In this document: piece by piece, positions 15,290 through 24,726 of the stretch
Layout of the letters: every line of letters begins with the position of its first letter
Numbering within the stretch: position 1 is the stretch's first letter
Assembly (NCBI GenBank): GCA_024641125.1
Contig: JAHEDQ010000003.1
Location: 1-56,545 of the forward strand
Length of the DNA: 56,545 nucleotides
Direction of reading: 5' to 3'
From: Candidatus Competibacteraceae bacterium
GTDB lineage: Bacteria > Pseudomonadota > Gammaproteobacteria > Competibacterales > JAHEDQ01
The notes under the pieces: generated by a model
Database searches by the model: none
Seen by the model: only the letters and a program-made list of their open reading frames with translations
What the model was told of the DNA's origin: nothing
Program-made: the position numbers and the translations under genes

Positions 15290-18200
15290 TCAGTGGGCCG
15301 AGGCCGAACGCTGGGCCACTGTCTGGCGCTCCAGCACGGCTTCCAGCGCCCGCGCCGACAAAGGCTCGCTGAGCAGGTTGCCCTGCAGCAGATCACAGCC
15401 CTCCTCACTCAGAAAACTGCGCTGCGCCTCGGTTTCAACGCCCTCGGCGATGACCGTCATTTGCAGGCTCCGCCCCAGTGCAATCACCGCCCGTGCGATG
15501 GCTTCGTCATCCGGGTCGTGGGGTATGTCCCGGACGAACGACTGGTCGATTTTCAATCGGTGGATGGGCAGGCGCTTGAGATAGCTCAACGAAGAGTAGC
15601 CGGTTCCGAAGTCATCGATCGACAGGGTGATGCCCATGCGACGCAGCGTCTCCATGGCTTCGATGGCTTCCTGAACCTGGTCCATGATGAACCCTTCGGT
15701 GATCTCGAGCTCCAGCGCCAGCGGATCAATGCCGGTGCCGCGGATGGTATCGCGCACGGTCTCAACCAGGTTGCCCCGGGAAATCTGAGCGGCGCAGAGA
15801 TTCACCGCCAGACGCGGCACCGGCAGACCCGCATCCCGCCACGCCGCCCACTGCCGGCAGGCTTCGAACAAGGCCCAGTCACCCATAGGCTTGAGCAAAC
15901 CGGTCTCCTCCGCCACCGATAGAAAGCGCGCCGGGGTCAACAGACCGAATTCCGGGTGCTGCCAGCGCAGCAAAGCCTCGATGGCGACCAAAGCCCCGGT
16001 GTGGGCCGAATACTGAGGCTGATAGAAAACAAGGAACTCGGTGCGGTCCAGAGCCCGCCTTAGTCCGGTCTCCAGCATATAGCGCTCGAAAGCGGTTTCA
16101 GTCAGTTCGCTGACGTAGAACTGATAGTTGTTCCGGCCCAGGCCCTTGGCCCGATACATGGCGGCATCGGCGTTCTTGACCAGAGTGGCCACGGTTTTGC
16201 CATCGTCAGGGTAGACGCTGATGCCGATACTGGTGGAAATGTACAGATCGCGCTCGGCCACCTGGAACGGCTGTACGAAGCAGTCGATGATCTTCTGGGC
16301 CAGCACCGCCGCGTCATGGGCGTGTTCGATGTCCTCCGCCACAACGGTGAACTCGTCGCCGCCGAGCCGAGCCACCGTGTCCTGCTCCCGAATCGAACTC
16401 TTGAGCCGCTCGGACACCGATTTCAGCAGATCATCTCCGGTGTGATGACCGAACGAATCGTTGACGATCTTGAATCGGTCAAGGTCCAGGAACAAAAGCG
16501 CGGTGTGCCCCCCGTGCCGCTGAACCCGGTCCAGTGCGTGCTGTAGGCGGTCATTGAACAGCAGCCGGTTGGGCAGGCCGGTCAGCGCGTCGTGATGGGC
16601 CAAATGGTTGAGCAGATTCTGCGATCGCTTGATGACCGTAATGTCGGAAAACACGCTGACATAGTGACTGACCCGTTTGTCATTGGTCCACACGGTATTG
16701 ATGTTGACCAGGGCCGGAAACGACTCGCCGCTTTTGCGGCGGTTCCAGATCTCCCCCTGCCAGTGGCCGGCCTCCGCCAGAGATTGCCAGAGCTGTTCAA
16801 AAAACGCCGTATCGTGCCGGTCCGATTTCAGCAGTGACGCGGGCTGACCAAGCGCCTCGGATTCGGCATAGCCGGTAATCTCGGTAAAGGCTTTGTTGAC
16901 GGCGGTAATGCAGCCATTGGGGTCGGTGATCAACACCCCTTCGCTGGTACTCTCGAACACCGTCGCCGATTCACGCAGACGCGCCTCTGCCCGTTTCAGT
17001 TCAGTGACGTCCAGACAGGATGCCATGATGGAAAAGGCGCGCCCCGAGTCGTCGCGCACCCAGTTAACCGACACACGGGCGTCGAAACGGCCAGCGTCGA
17101 TTCGCAGAGCCAGCAGCTCACCCGACCAGTCATCGCCTCTGGCCAGAGACGCCTTCAGCGCGGCCATCGCCGCCTGGTCGGGCTCGAACAGGCTGTCGGT
17201 GCTGCGCCTCAGCATCGTGTCCCCATCCATCGCCCCCCACATCTGGGACAGGGCGGGGTTGACATAGGTGATGCGTCCCTGCAGATCCGCCAGAACGATC
17301 CCCACCAGAGAGGATTCCACCGCGCAATGCCTTTCACGCAGCTCTTTTTCTACCAGTTTGCGGTCGGTGATATCGCTGTAAACACCCACTGCCCGTTGTG
17401 GGCGCCCTTCGTTGTCGCGCTCCACCACCTTGCCCCGGTCCAGCACCCAGATCCAGTGTCCATCGGCGTCGCGCAGTCGATGCTCGCTGTGGTAATCGTT
17501 GGTCGCGCCATCCAGGTGGCGCTGCAGGGCTTGCTCGACCTGGGACTGGTCGTCCGGATGTATCAGGTGCAGCCATTCCTGATAGCTGAAACCGGGTTCG
17601 CCGTGAATGAGTCCAAGCCGGCCTTTCCATAGGGGAGTGAGATAGCGCTCATCCGCCCGGATGTCCCAATCCCAAACCCCGTCACGGGCTCCCTCCAGGG
17701 CGAGTTTTAGTCGTTCCTCGCTCTGACTGAGCTCGTGTCGGAGCTGGACCGCGCCCAGAGCCTCGGCGATTCGCTCACCCACATCGCGCAGCAGGCGACG
17801 CTCGGTCGCCGTCCACACACGATCGTGTGCGCAGTCCTGCAGCCACAATAGCCAGGGCTGCCCGAAACGGGGCCGGACTGCAATCAGCATCTGGGCCCGG
17901 ATGCCGAGCAATTCACGCAAAGGGGTACCCTCGGCAAACCCGCAGCCGGTGCTGGGCCCCCGTTGGGTCAGCGCCTGATGCAAAGTCTCATGCACGGCTG
18001 GTTGGTCCGGCAGCGGATCGCCCTTGGCCACCACCGGCACGCAGCTCCGGCGGGCCGCCTCCGCACCCAGCAGCCAATGCTCATGCTGCAGTTCATCCCG
18101 GTGTAAGACCCAGGCCCGATCAAGCTCGAACATCCGGCGCAGGGTCCGGGCGAGGTTTTCCAGCAGATCGGACGCGTCATGGGAACGACCCATAGCGTCG

Positions 18201-19066
18201 GACAGATTGCGCATGCTTTCCAGGTAACGCAGCTGGACGGTACGGGCGTGTTCCGCCAGCCGCCGATCGGTGACATCGTGAAACACGATCATCAACAATC
18301 GCCTTTCGCACTCGTCGATTGGGGTCAGGCTGAGGTCGGCATAGAAACGGACCCCGTCCAGCCGATGGCAGGCCACGCTTTCCAGCTCCACCCGTTCCCC
18401 GGCACCGGCCCGTGCCTGGATCGCGCTGACCTGTTCGCTGTTGGTTTGGGTCACCACCTGGGCAAGGTGCATCCGGACCAGACTCGCTGCATCGCAGCCG
18501 AGCATGTCCAGCATGTGGGGATTGGCGGACAACAGACGGCCATCGGTCACATCTGCGACCAGAATGCCGACGCCCGCATGCTCGAAAATCGCCTTGAAGC
18601 GCTGCTCGCTCTCTCGCAGGGCCCGTTCGGTGACGGCCGCAGTAGGCAACCCCTGCTGCGCGGCGGCCGAGTGGGAGTCCGGTTCACTGCTGTGCCCGGC
18701 GACCGTGGCGTCGATGGCCTCGATCAGTATCAGCATCCCGTCCGAATCCGTCAGACCCACCCGTCGGGCGCGCAGGCGCACGGTGCGACCCGCACCGTCC
18801 TGCCCGGCAACGTCAACAATCACCGATCGCGCCCGTGCAGCCAAATCCTCGAAATCGGGCATCGGATCGGATCTCAGCCATGCCGGCAGTGACTCGAGTG
18901 ACCGTCCATTCCACTGATCCAGGGGCCAGCCCAGGCAATGGGAAGCAGCCGGGCTATGGGCACGAAGACGGTTGTCACCGGGGTTCAGCAGCAATACAGC
19001 GGTATCGGCGACGGCCGCAAACGCAAGCCAGCCTTGACTCGTTTCGAGCTTGGGAACGTCGTGCAT
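15290..19066 (-). CDS. multi-PAS GGDEF-EAL c-di-GMP signalling protein
   Basis: The track ORF runs 15290-19225 from a TTG. The first ATG is at 19066. It contains several PAS/PAC units, a GGDEF domain (RLGGDEF) and an EAL domain (..EALLRW.., DDFGTGYSSLSYL). Confidence 0.85.
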   Translation of the reverse strand: MHDVPKLETSQGWLAFAAVADTAVLLLNPGDNRLRAHSPAASHCLGWPLDQWNGRSLESLPAWLRSDPMPDFEDLAARARSVIVDVAGQDGAGRTVRLRARRVGLTDSDGMLILIEAIDATVAGHSSEPDSHSAAAQQGLPTAAVTERALRESEQRFKAIFEHAGVGILVADVTDGRLLSANPHMLDMLGCDAASLVRMHLAQVVTQTNSEQVSAIQARAGAGERVELESVACHRLDGVRFYADLSLTPIDECERRLLMIVFHDVTDRRLAEHARTVQLRYLESMRNLSDAMGRSHDASDLLENLARTLRRMFELDRAWVLHRDELQHEHWLLGAEAARRSCVPVVAKGDPLPDQPAVHETLHQALTQRGPSTGCGFAEGTPLRELLGIRAQMLIAVRPRFGQPWLLWLQDCAHDRVWTATERRLLRDVGERIAEALGAVQLRHELSQSEERLKLALEGARDGVWDWDIRADERYLTPLWKGRLGLIHGEPGFSYQEWLHLIHPDDQSQVEQALQRHLDGATNDYHSEHRLRDADGHWIWVLDRGKVVERDNEGRPQRAVGVYSDITDRKLVEKELRERHCAVESSLVGIVLADLQGRITYVNPALSQMWGAMDGDTMLRRSTDSLFEPDQAAMAALKASLARGDDWSGELLALRIDAGRFDARVSVNWVRDDSGRAFSIMASCLDVTELKRAEARLRESATVFESTSEGVLITDPNGCITAVNKAFTEITGYAESEALGQPASLLKSDRHDTAFFEQLWQSLAEAGHWQGEIWNRRKSGESFPALVNINTVWTNDKRVSHYVSVFSDITVIKRSQNLLNHLAHHDALTGLPNRLLFNDRLQHALDRVQRHGGHTALLFLDLDRFKIVNDSFGHHTGDDLLKSVSERLKSSIREQDTVARLGGDEFTVVAEDIEHAHDAAVLAQKIIDCFVQPFQVAERDLYISTSIGISVYPDDGKTVATLVKNADAAMYRAKGLGRNNYQFYVSELTETAFERYMLETGLRRALDRTEFLVFYQPQYSAHTGALVAIEALLRWQHPEFGLLTPARFLSVAEETGLLKPMGDWALFEACRQWAAWRDAGLPVPRLAVNLCAAQISRGNLVETVRDTIRGTGIDPLALELEITEGFIMDQVQEAIEAMETLRRMGITLSIDDFGTGYSSLSYLKRLPIHRLKIDQSFVRDIPHDPDDEAIARAVIALGRSLQMTVIAEGVETEAQRSFLSEEGCDLLQGNLLSEPLSARALEAVLERQTVAQRSASAH

Positions 19067-19270
19067 AAATCGTGAACCAGACACCGATGGGTTTGCAGCG
19101 CTTTCGTTACAGCCGCAGATCGAAGGCTGCGGCCCCGACGCCTCTCCGTCAACCCCTGCTGGAGTGGTGTCGCTGGTCTTGTTCCGGGCGCCCGCGTCGC
19201 GACCAAGGCGACCCCCGGCCCACAACTTTAGGAAACTCGGACGCGACCCTGAGAACGGGTCAATGCTTAC

Positions 19271-21256
19271 TCAATACTCTAAGTGATTTTCATGGGACCA
19301 GTGAGGGTCGTCGCTGCCAAGATCGCCGATGGGCGCCGCGAACGCATCGGCCACCAGCCGCGGAACCGAATCACCCGTGAGAGCGCGCAAGAATGCGACC
19401 AAAGCCTGGGTGTCCGGGGCCGGCAGATTCAGCGGACGGACACGCGGGTCAAGCAATGGATGCGAAACCCCGCCGCGATTGTAGAACGCAACCACTGCCT
19501 CCAACGTCGGCAGACTGCCATCATGCATGTAGGGCGCGGTGAGATCGACATTGCGCAAACCCGGGGTCTTGTAGCGCCATCGATCAGCGGGATTCTGGCT
19601 GATCTCATAGAGGCCAAGATCGCTCGCCGGCGGCTCCGCAACCGCATCGATAAGGGCGGTGTCGACCGAAACGAATACGCCCGGGGCAAGCTGCACCTCT
19701 GTGGTGCTGGACCGCGGCAGCATGCTGTTACGCCAGCCGATTCCGGTGTTGTGAAATGTGCCGTCGGTAAACAAGGCGTGTTGATCGCCGACCAAATGGC
19801 ATGCTGAACAGCCGGCCGCACCTCGAAACAGCTCAAATCCGCGCTTGACCTGCTCATTTACCGCCGCCTCGTCACCTCCATAATACCAGCGATCAAACGG
19901 TGAACCACCGGAAATCAGCGTCCGTTGATAGGCCGCCAGGGCCTTGCCCACGGTCTCCATTGTGGGCCCAGGGGTGTCGAACGCCGATTGGAACGAACCG
20001 GCATAGTCGGGCAAGCGGCCGATCTTCTCGAGCACCGCCCCGACCGAGGGGTTGGCCATCTCATTCTGGGCAACAAGAGGTTGCCACACCTGGGTCTCCA
20101 AGCTGGTTTCGCGCCCATCGTGGAACAAACGATGCTGGAAGCCCACGTTGTACAGGCTGGGCGCATTGCGCCGGACGGTGCGGCCTTCAAAGCCGATCGA
20201 AGTGGCCAGCTCGTTGTTGGTGAAACCCTGCTCCGGAATATGGCACATGGCGCAGGATACCGTATCGTTGAGAGACAGGCGCCGATCGAAAAACAGCTTT
20301 CGACCCAGGGCGACCCGGCTGGGTGTGAGCGGGCTGGATTCAGGGACCGGCAGCTCGGGCAACCCCAGGGCGCCGGACTGGGCAAGTGCAACCAGGTCGG
20401 CGGGTCGGCCCAAACGGTGCTCCAGGCTAAGTGCACGGCTTTCGTAGGCGGCGTCCGAGTAGGCGCGGCGGTCGTCCCCGGGCCCGAACAGGGGGGATCG
20501 GGCAGGGGCCTTCTGGCCGGATTCGGGACTCTTGGTCAAGCTTGCTCCACCCTCGGCACCCGGCTCGGACGCCATCAGCAAGGTGCGCACATCCGCCAGC
20601 AAGACGTCTCGATGCAAGAACGCAACGCTGTAGATGTTGCGTATCCGACGCTCGTGGTCCACCAGATAGACCTTGAGCAGGTGATTGAACGCATCGGTGG
20701 GCGCGCCGTCTGCATCCAGCATCACCTGGATGGGCTGGTTATAGCCCGACAGGATTGGCGCCAATCCTGCGCTTGACGCGGTGGTTGCGAAAAGCCATTC
20801 GCCGGTTCCACGTCCCAAGGCGCGGCCATAGAGCGACATCACCTCCGGTGTGTCGTGTTCCGGATCGAAACTGAGTGTAACCAGACGCAGATTTGCGGCC
20901 AGAGAGGGGTCTTTGGCCATGGCTTGCTTGACGCCCTGCAACACCGCGGTCGCCAACGGACAGCCGTTGACGTCGCTGCAATTGGAGTAAATGAAGCTGA
21001 GCAGAACCAGTTTGTCGCCCAGCAGGTCATGAAGCCGTGCCGGTTCGCCGGATGACAGCAAAATGTCCCCATCGGCGGCCTGCTGCACGATGGGAAGCGC
21101 GTAACTGCCGGGGACCGGGGGTTCAAAACCAAGCGGGCCATAGCCCGGCGCAAGCGGCAGCGGGCTGTCCGCCCAGGCCGCGCCCGCCAAGCTCAGCAAC
21201 AGGCCCAGAAGCGGGCCTGAAACCAGCGAGATGGCACCGCGCGGTCGCACCGGCAC
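19271..21256 (-). CDS. fused SCO1/SenC copper chaperone and MauG/di-haem cytochrome c peroxidase
   Basis: The track ORF extends to 21658 and overlaps mtoX. The GTG at 21256 (or 21250) follows the mtoX stop and gives a signal peptide (..RPRGAISLVSGPLLGLLLSLAGAAWA). The N-terminal half is thioredoxin-fold SCO1-like (LLSFIYSNCSDVNGCPL). The C-terminal half has two haem motifs (CAMCH, CSACH) in MauG/CCP context. Confidence 0.75.
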   Translation of the reverse strand: MPVRPRGAISLVSGPLLGLLLSLAGAAWADSPLPLAPGYGPLGFEPPVPGSYALPIVQQAADGDILLSSGEPARLHDLLGDKLVLLSFIYSNCSDVNGCPLATAVLQGVKQAMAKDPSLAANLRLVTLSFDPEHDTPEVMSLYGRALGRGTGEWLFATTASSAGLAPILSGYNQPIQVMLDADGAPTDAFNHLLKVYLVDHERRIRNIYSVAFLHRDVLLADVRTLLMASEPGAEGGASLTKSPESGQKAPARSPLFGPGDDRRAYSDAAYESRALSLEHRLGRPADLVALAQSGALGLPELPVPESSPLTPSRVALGRKLFFDRRLSLNDTVSCAMCHIPEQGFTNNELATSIGFEGRTVRRNAPSLYNVGFQHRLFHDGRETSLETQVWQPLVAQNEMANPSVGAVLEKIGRLPDYAGSFQSAFDTPGPTMETVGKALAAYQRTLISGGSPFDRWYYGGDEAAVNEQVKRGFELFRGAAGCSACHLVGDQHALFTDGTFHNTGIGWRNSMLPRSSTTEVQLAPGVFVSVDTALIDAVAEPPASDLGLYEISQNPADRWRYKTPGLRNVDLTAPYMHDGSLPTLEAVVAFYNRGGVSHPLLDPRVRPLNLPAPDTQALVAFLRALTGDSVPRLVADAFAAPIGDLGSDDPHWSHENHLEY

Positions 21257-21275
21257 GACCGCGCGGCCAGGGATC

Positions 21276-22643
21276 TCAGTCGATGATGCCTGCCACCCGC
21301 GTCGCGGCGGGTTCGGCCGTGTTGCTGTAAAGCGAATAGGCACCGAACCGCATCTGGTGTGGACGTCCGAGTTTCTCGGCATAGAAGTCGATCTCAAACT
21401 GCTTGGTGGCCTGCTTGCCATCCCAACTGTATGCCTTGAAGAACTGCTCGTCCGCATCGCCCTTCTTGTCCCACTGCGACAGCAGCGATGAAGTGTAGTA
21501 GAGACGCGAACCGTCCCAGCTTTGCGAGAGCATATTGAGCTGCGACCCGATCTTATGGGAATAGACCTCTTTCGGATTGAAAGGATCGCTGATGTCGAAT
21601 GCCCGGCTGGTGCCGTCCATAAACGTGTCGACCCAGAGCAAGCCGTCGTCCGCGGCAATGGAGATATCCACCGGCAGCGGTACTGCGCTGGGATCGCCGA
21701 TGTCCGCCACCGCCTTGGCCTGCCACTCGCCGGACTCGTCCTCGTAAATCAGCCAGATCTTGGAGGTCAACGCCGTGGTGGTGAAACAATAGTTGTTCTG
21801 AGAGCCCCAGGCACATCGAACTTCGAGAGGCGCCCCCGGCACGTCCAAGACCTTCTTGGCCTTACGGCTGTGCAGATCCCAGACAACGACGGTGTTGCCG
21901 AAGCGTTTCATGGCCTCGCCATCCTGCAGCATTTTGCCAAAATCCATCATGTAGTTGGACCATCCGGTGAAAGACGATGACACGAGAACGTTGCGGCGCG
22001 GCAACGCCCGCACGTCGTAGCCATAGCCATCGGCAAACTGACCGGCTTTGGTGGCGCCGCGCAAGTCCTCGTCGGTGGGCATCCAGTGGGTGGCGACGTA
22101 CTTGCCCTCGTTGGTGTACTCCACCATCGCGGTGCGTCCACCGTTATCCCGGTTGTTGGACAATCCGGTGATCAGCATGCGGCCGGGCAAGGCGTAGGTG
22201 GTATGCGGGCCGACAACACCACCGCTGCTTTCGACAAAATCCGTGATCACCTGGCTCAAGCTTGGTTTGGCCGGGTCGGTGTGGACGTCGAAGACGAAGA
22301 TCTTGTTGGTGTCCAGACCGCCAGCCCAGAGATAGCGGCGATCGTCGGTCAGTCCGGAGTGGTGGGCTTCGTTCCGCCCACCCACCGAAAGGCTGTGCAC
22401 CACCTTGCCATAGTCCTCCGACGCCGGATTGACCGCGATGGTGACGAGTTTGTCCTGTTCGTCGCCCACACCTTCCTGACCCAGCGTCCAAACGTAGACA
22501 AAATCCTCCTGGCCGACGATCTTCGCCATGTAGGGCGACATGCAGGTCTCGTCAGCAAACGCCGCCCCCATCATCAGACACACGGACGAGGCAAAGGTGA
22601 ACCAAACGGTTCGTGTCCGGGTCGGAATTCCGAGTAGTCTCAT
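21276..22643 (-). CDS. mtoX: selenium-binding protein 56 family / methanethiol oxidase
   Basis: 455-aa ORF with a signal peptide. It shows full-length SBP56-type sequence (..YVWTLGQEGVGDEQDKLVTI..GRNEAHHSG..GPHTTYALPGR..SSSFTGWSNYMMDF..VRCAW..LYYTSSLLSQWDKK..). Confidence 0.8.
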   Translation of the reverse strand: MRLLGIPTRTRTVWFTFASSVCLMMGAAFADETCMSPYMAKIVGQEDFVYVWTLGQEGVGDEQDKLVTIAVNPASEDYGKVVHSLSVGGRNEAHHSGLTDDRRYLWAGGLDTNKIFVFDVHTDPAKPSLSQVITDFVESSGGVVGPHTTYALPGRMLITGLSNNRDNGGRTAMVEYTNEGKYVATHWMPTDEDLRGATKAGQFADGYGYDVRALPRRNVLVSSSFTGWSNYMMDFGKMLQDGEAMKRFGNTVVVWDLHSRKAKKVLDVPGAPLEVRCAWGSQNNYCFTTTALTSKIWLIYEDESGEWQAKAVADIGDPSAVPLPVDISIAADDGLLWVDTFMDGTSRAFDISDPFNPKEVYSHKIGSQLNMLSQSWDGSRLYYTSSLLSQWDKKGDADEQFFKAYSWDGKQATKQFEIDFYAEKLGRPHQMRFGAYSLYSNTAEPAATRVAGIID

Positions 22644-23036
22644 GCTCTATCCCCCTGTTGGCATACCTGAATGGTAAACATAGACGATCGGCAAGGTGGC
22701 TGCCCGGCAATCCACGAAGATACTTTGGCGGGACGGGAACCGTTGGCCACGGCTCTGGGTGATTTCTACCCACATGCTGCCAACATAAAGAGTAGTGCAT
22801 CATTTCGACCCCGGCACTGTCGTGCGAGCGCGACATCGCGTGGAGGCTGGATTCAGCGGGGCCAGAGGCGACGACGGCAATACTGTCGCCTCAAGAGAAC
22901 AGATGAAGTATCGGGAAAGCGCCCCGGTTCGGGACATTCCGCGACAACGGAAGGTAAGTTGCTGCGCATTTTTCACTGTATTTTCAATCCGGGCCGGCTA
23001 CCCTTGAAGTCGCCAGCGGCGTTCATTCCATGCGGC

Positions 23037-23052
23037 TGGCACACATCCTGCT
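23037..23052 (+). promoter_or_regulatory. candidate sigma54 (-24/-12) promoter upstream of the MlaC-like/SCO1 pair
   Basis: TGGCAC-ACATC-CTGCT with canonical GG/GC spacing, 115 nt upstream of the ATG at 23167. Confidence 0.5.
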
Positions 23053-23166
23053 GTCAGCCACCGGGCGGCCACGCCTGCGTGTCCAGGCTACGACAGCGCA
23101 CGTTGGCGGTGCGGCCGGGAATAAAAACAATCCGGCTAGAAACGGAAAGTAGGAGGTCATGGATCG

Positions 23167-23835
23167 ATGAAGTTCGACTCACCAGTTCGTTCGCGACGTA
23201 ACGACATCCGCACCCGGCTGTGGCTTGCCCGACTGACCGGTCTTCTGGCCATGCTGGTGCTGCCGACGGTTTGGGCCGCGTCGCCCGAGGCAACGGTTCG
23301 AGATGCCACACAGGCACTGATCCAGGCGGTGGAAGCCAATCGGGACGCAATACAGCGTAACCCGGACCAGGTCAAAACGCTGATCGAGGAATTTGTCGCC
23401 CCGCAAATTGATTTCGAGGTCATGTCCCGGGTCATTCTCGGCCAACACTGGCGTACCGCAACGCCGGATCAGCGGGTGCGGTTCGTTCAGGCTTTCCGGG
23501 GCTTTCTGATCCAGTTCTACACCACGGCGATCAAGGAGTATGTGGTCCAGGAGGGCATCCCCGAACAGGTGAGTGTGGAAGTAATCCCCCTCCGCGCCGA
23601 GCCGACCGGGCGATCCACCCGAGTGATGAGCCGCATTCTTCAGAACGGCCGCGCCCCGGTGGAGGTCAGCTACGGACTGTATCGCACCGACCAGAACGGC
23701 TGGCGGCTAATCGATATTCAGGTACAGGGCATCAGTCTGGTGATCAACTACCGGCAGTCGTTCTCCCGCGAACTGCAGACATCGGGATTGGACGATCTGA
23801 TAGCCAATCTGGAAGCCAGGGACAACCCGGCCTGA
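23167..23835 (+). CDS. MlaC/Ttg2D-family periplasmic phospholipid-binding protein
   Basis: 222-aa ORF with AGGAGG 10 nt upstream and a signal peptide (..LTGLLAMLVLPTVWA). Family pattern: ..FVAPQIDFEVMSRVILGQHWRTATPDQRVRFVQAFRGFLIQFYT....WRLIDIQVQGISLVINYRQSF. Confidence 0.7.
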   Translation: MKFDSPVRSRRNDIRTRLWLARLTGLLAMLVLPTVWAASPEATVRDATQALIQAVEANRDAIQRNPDQVKTLIEEFVAPQIDFEVMSRVILGQHWRTATPDQRVRFVQAFRGFLIQFYTTAIKEYVVQEGIPEQVSVEVIPLRAEPTGRSTRVMSRILQNGRAPVEVSYGLYRTDQNGWRLIDIQVQGISLVINYRQSFSRELQTSGLDDLIANLEARDNPA

Positions 23836-23846
23836 TCAATGCGCCG

Positions 23847-24434
23847 GTGCAAACCATTCTGACATGGGGTTGGGGCCACCCGGGCCTCTTCCGTCGCGGC
23901 CTGCTAACGGCCGTATTGCTTGCCGGGCTGATTGCGGCCGCCCAGGCAGCGAGCGTGGGCGGGATAGAATTGACCGATCAGAACGGCCACCGGTTCCGCT
24001 TCGAGAACCATAGGGATCGCACTGTCCTCCTTTTGTTCGGCTACACCCACTGCCCCGATGTCTGTCCCCTGACCCTGCAAAACTTGCGCGGCACACTGGA
24101 TGCGTTGGGTGATGAGGGCGAGGCCTATATGCCGGTCTTTGTCTCAGTCGACCCGAAACGGGACCCTCCCGGCCGGCTGGCGGCATATCTGGCGTACTTC
24201 CATAAGGACATTGTTGGACTTACCGGCGAACCGGACGATCTCCGCCGGCTGGCCGACCAGTGCCAGACCAGTTTTCAGGTTCACGACCAAGACGACGATC
24301 CGCACTATGCGGTGGACCACAGCCCGAATCTGTACATCATTCACCCCGGCGGCGAGCTGGCCGGCATCATACCCCACGGCATTACGCCAACCGACAGCGC
24401 GGACATCGTTCGCTCGCTGGCTGCAAAACCCTAG
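23847..24434 (+). CDS. SCO1/SenC family copper chaperone
   Basis: 195-aa ORF with a GTG start. Contains the CxxxC motif FGYTHCPDVCP and a downstream DHS.. histidine context. Confidence 0.8.
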   Translation: MQTILTWGWGHPGLFRRGLLTAVLLAGLIAAAQAASVGGIELTDQNGHRFRFENHRDRTVLLLFGYTHCPDVCPLTLQNLRGTLDALGDEGEAYMPVFVSVDPKRDPPGRLAAYLAYFHKDIVGLTGEPDDLRRLADQCQTSFQVHDQDDDPHYAVDHSPNLYIIHPGGELAGIIPHGITPTDSADIVRSLAAKP

Positions 24435-24726
24435 TCCGCATCATTTCGGGTGGCGGCGTTCGCACCAGGGCGTTTCGCTCTGGTCGATGTTGGTCCTTTT
24501 CGGGCTCAGGCGGCGCAGCACTTCAACGAGTTGACCAGGCACCGCTGGCTGCACCGACCTCGGGACGCGCGGGGAAGTTGGCGTGGGGACCGCGCAAGGC
24601 GGCGGATGCAAACTCCGCAAAGTCCTCTATTATGCTCATACGGGACCGGCCCCCAGGGGCCCGAGTCGGCCGTACAATCATTTCGTCGTCGACGCATAAT
24701 CAATGACTTAAGTGAGGACAAAGACC

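Noticed and set aside
23159-23170. Mini-ORF ATG-GAT-CGA-TGA overlapping the MlaC-like start codon; considered as a possible upstream ORF or leader peptide.
   Set aside because: The AGGAGG box (23151-23156) is only 2 nt from this ATG but a good 10 nt from the ATG at 23167. The mini-ORF is most likely incidental.
24537-24553. AGGCAC-CGCTGG-CTGCA upstream of dppA, considered as a third sigma54 promoter. Also TGGCAC at 6259-6264 (minus strand) and TGGCCA-ACGG-TTCC upstream of mtoX.
   Set aside because: The GG-to-GC spacing is off by one, or the -12 GC is missing. The 6259 site is also too close to the start codon.
24560-24660. Short minus-strand reading frames in the SCO1-dppA gap (MSIIEDFAEFASAALRGPHANF.. 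and, in another frame, ..GQLVEVLRRLSPKRTNIDQSETPWCERRHPK), considered as a frameshifted small gene.
   Set aside because: Each piece is under 40 codons. There is no RBS or recognisable family, and joining the pieces requires an assumed frameshift. The evidence is insufficient.
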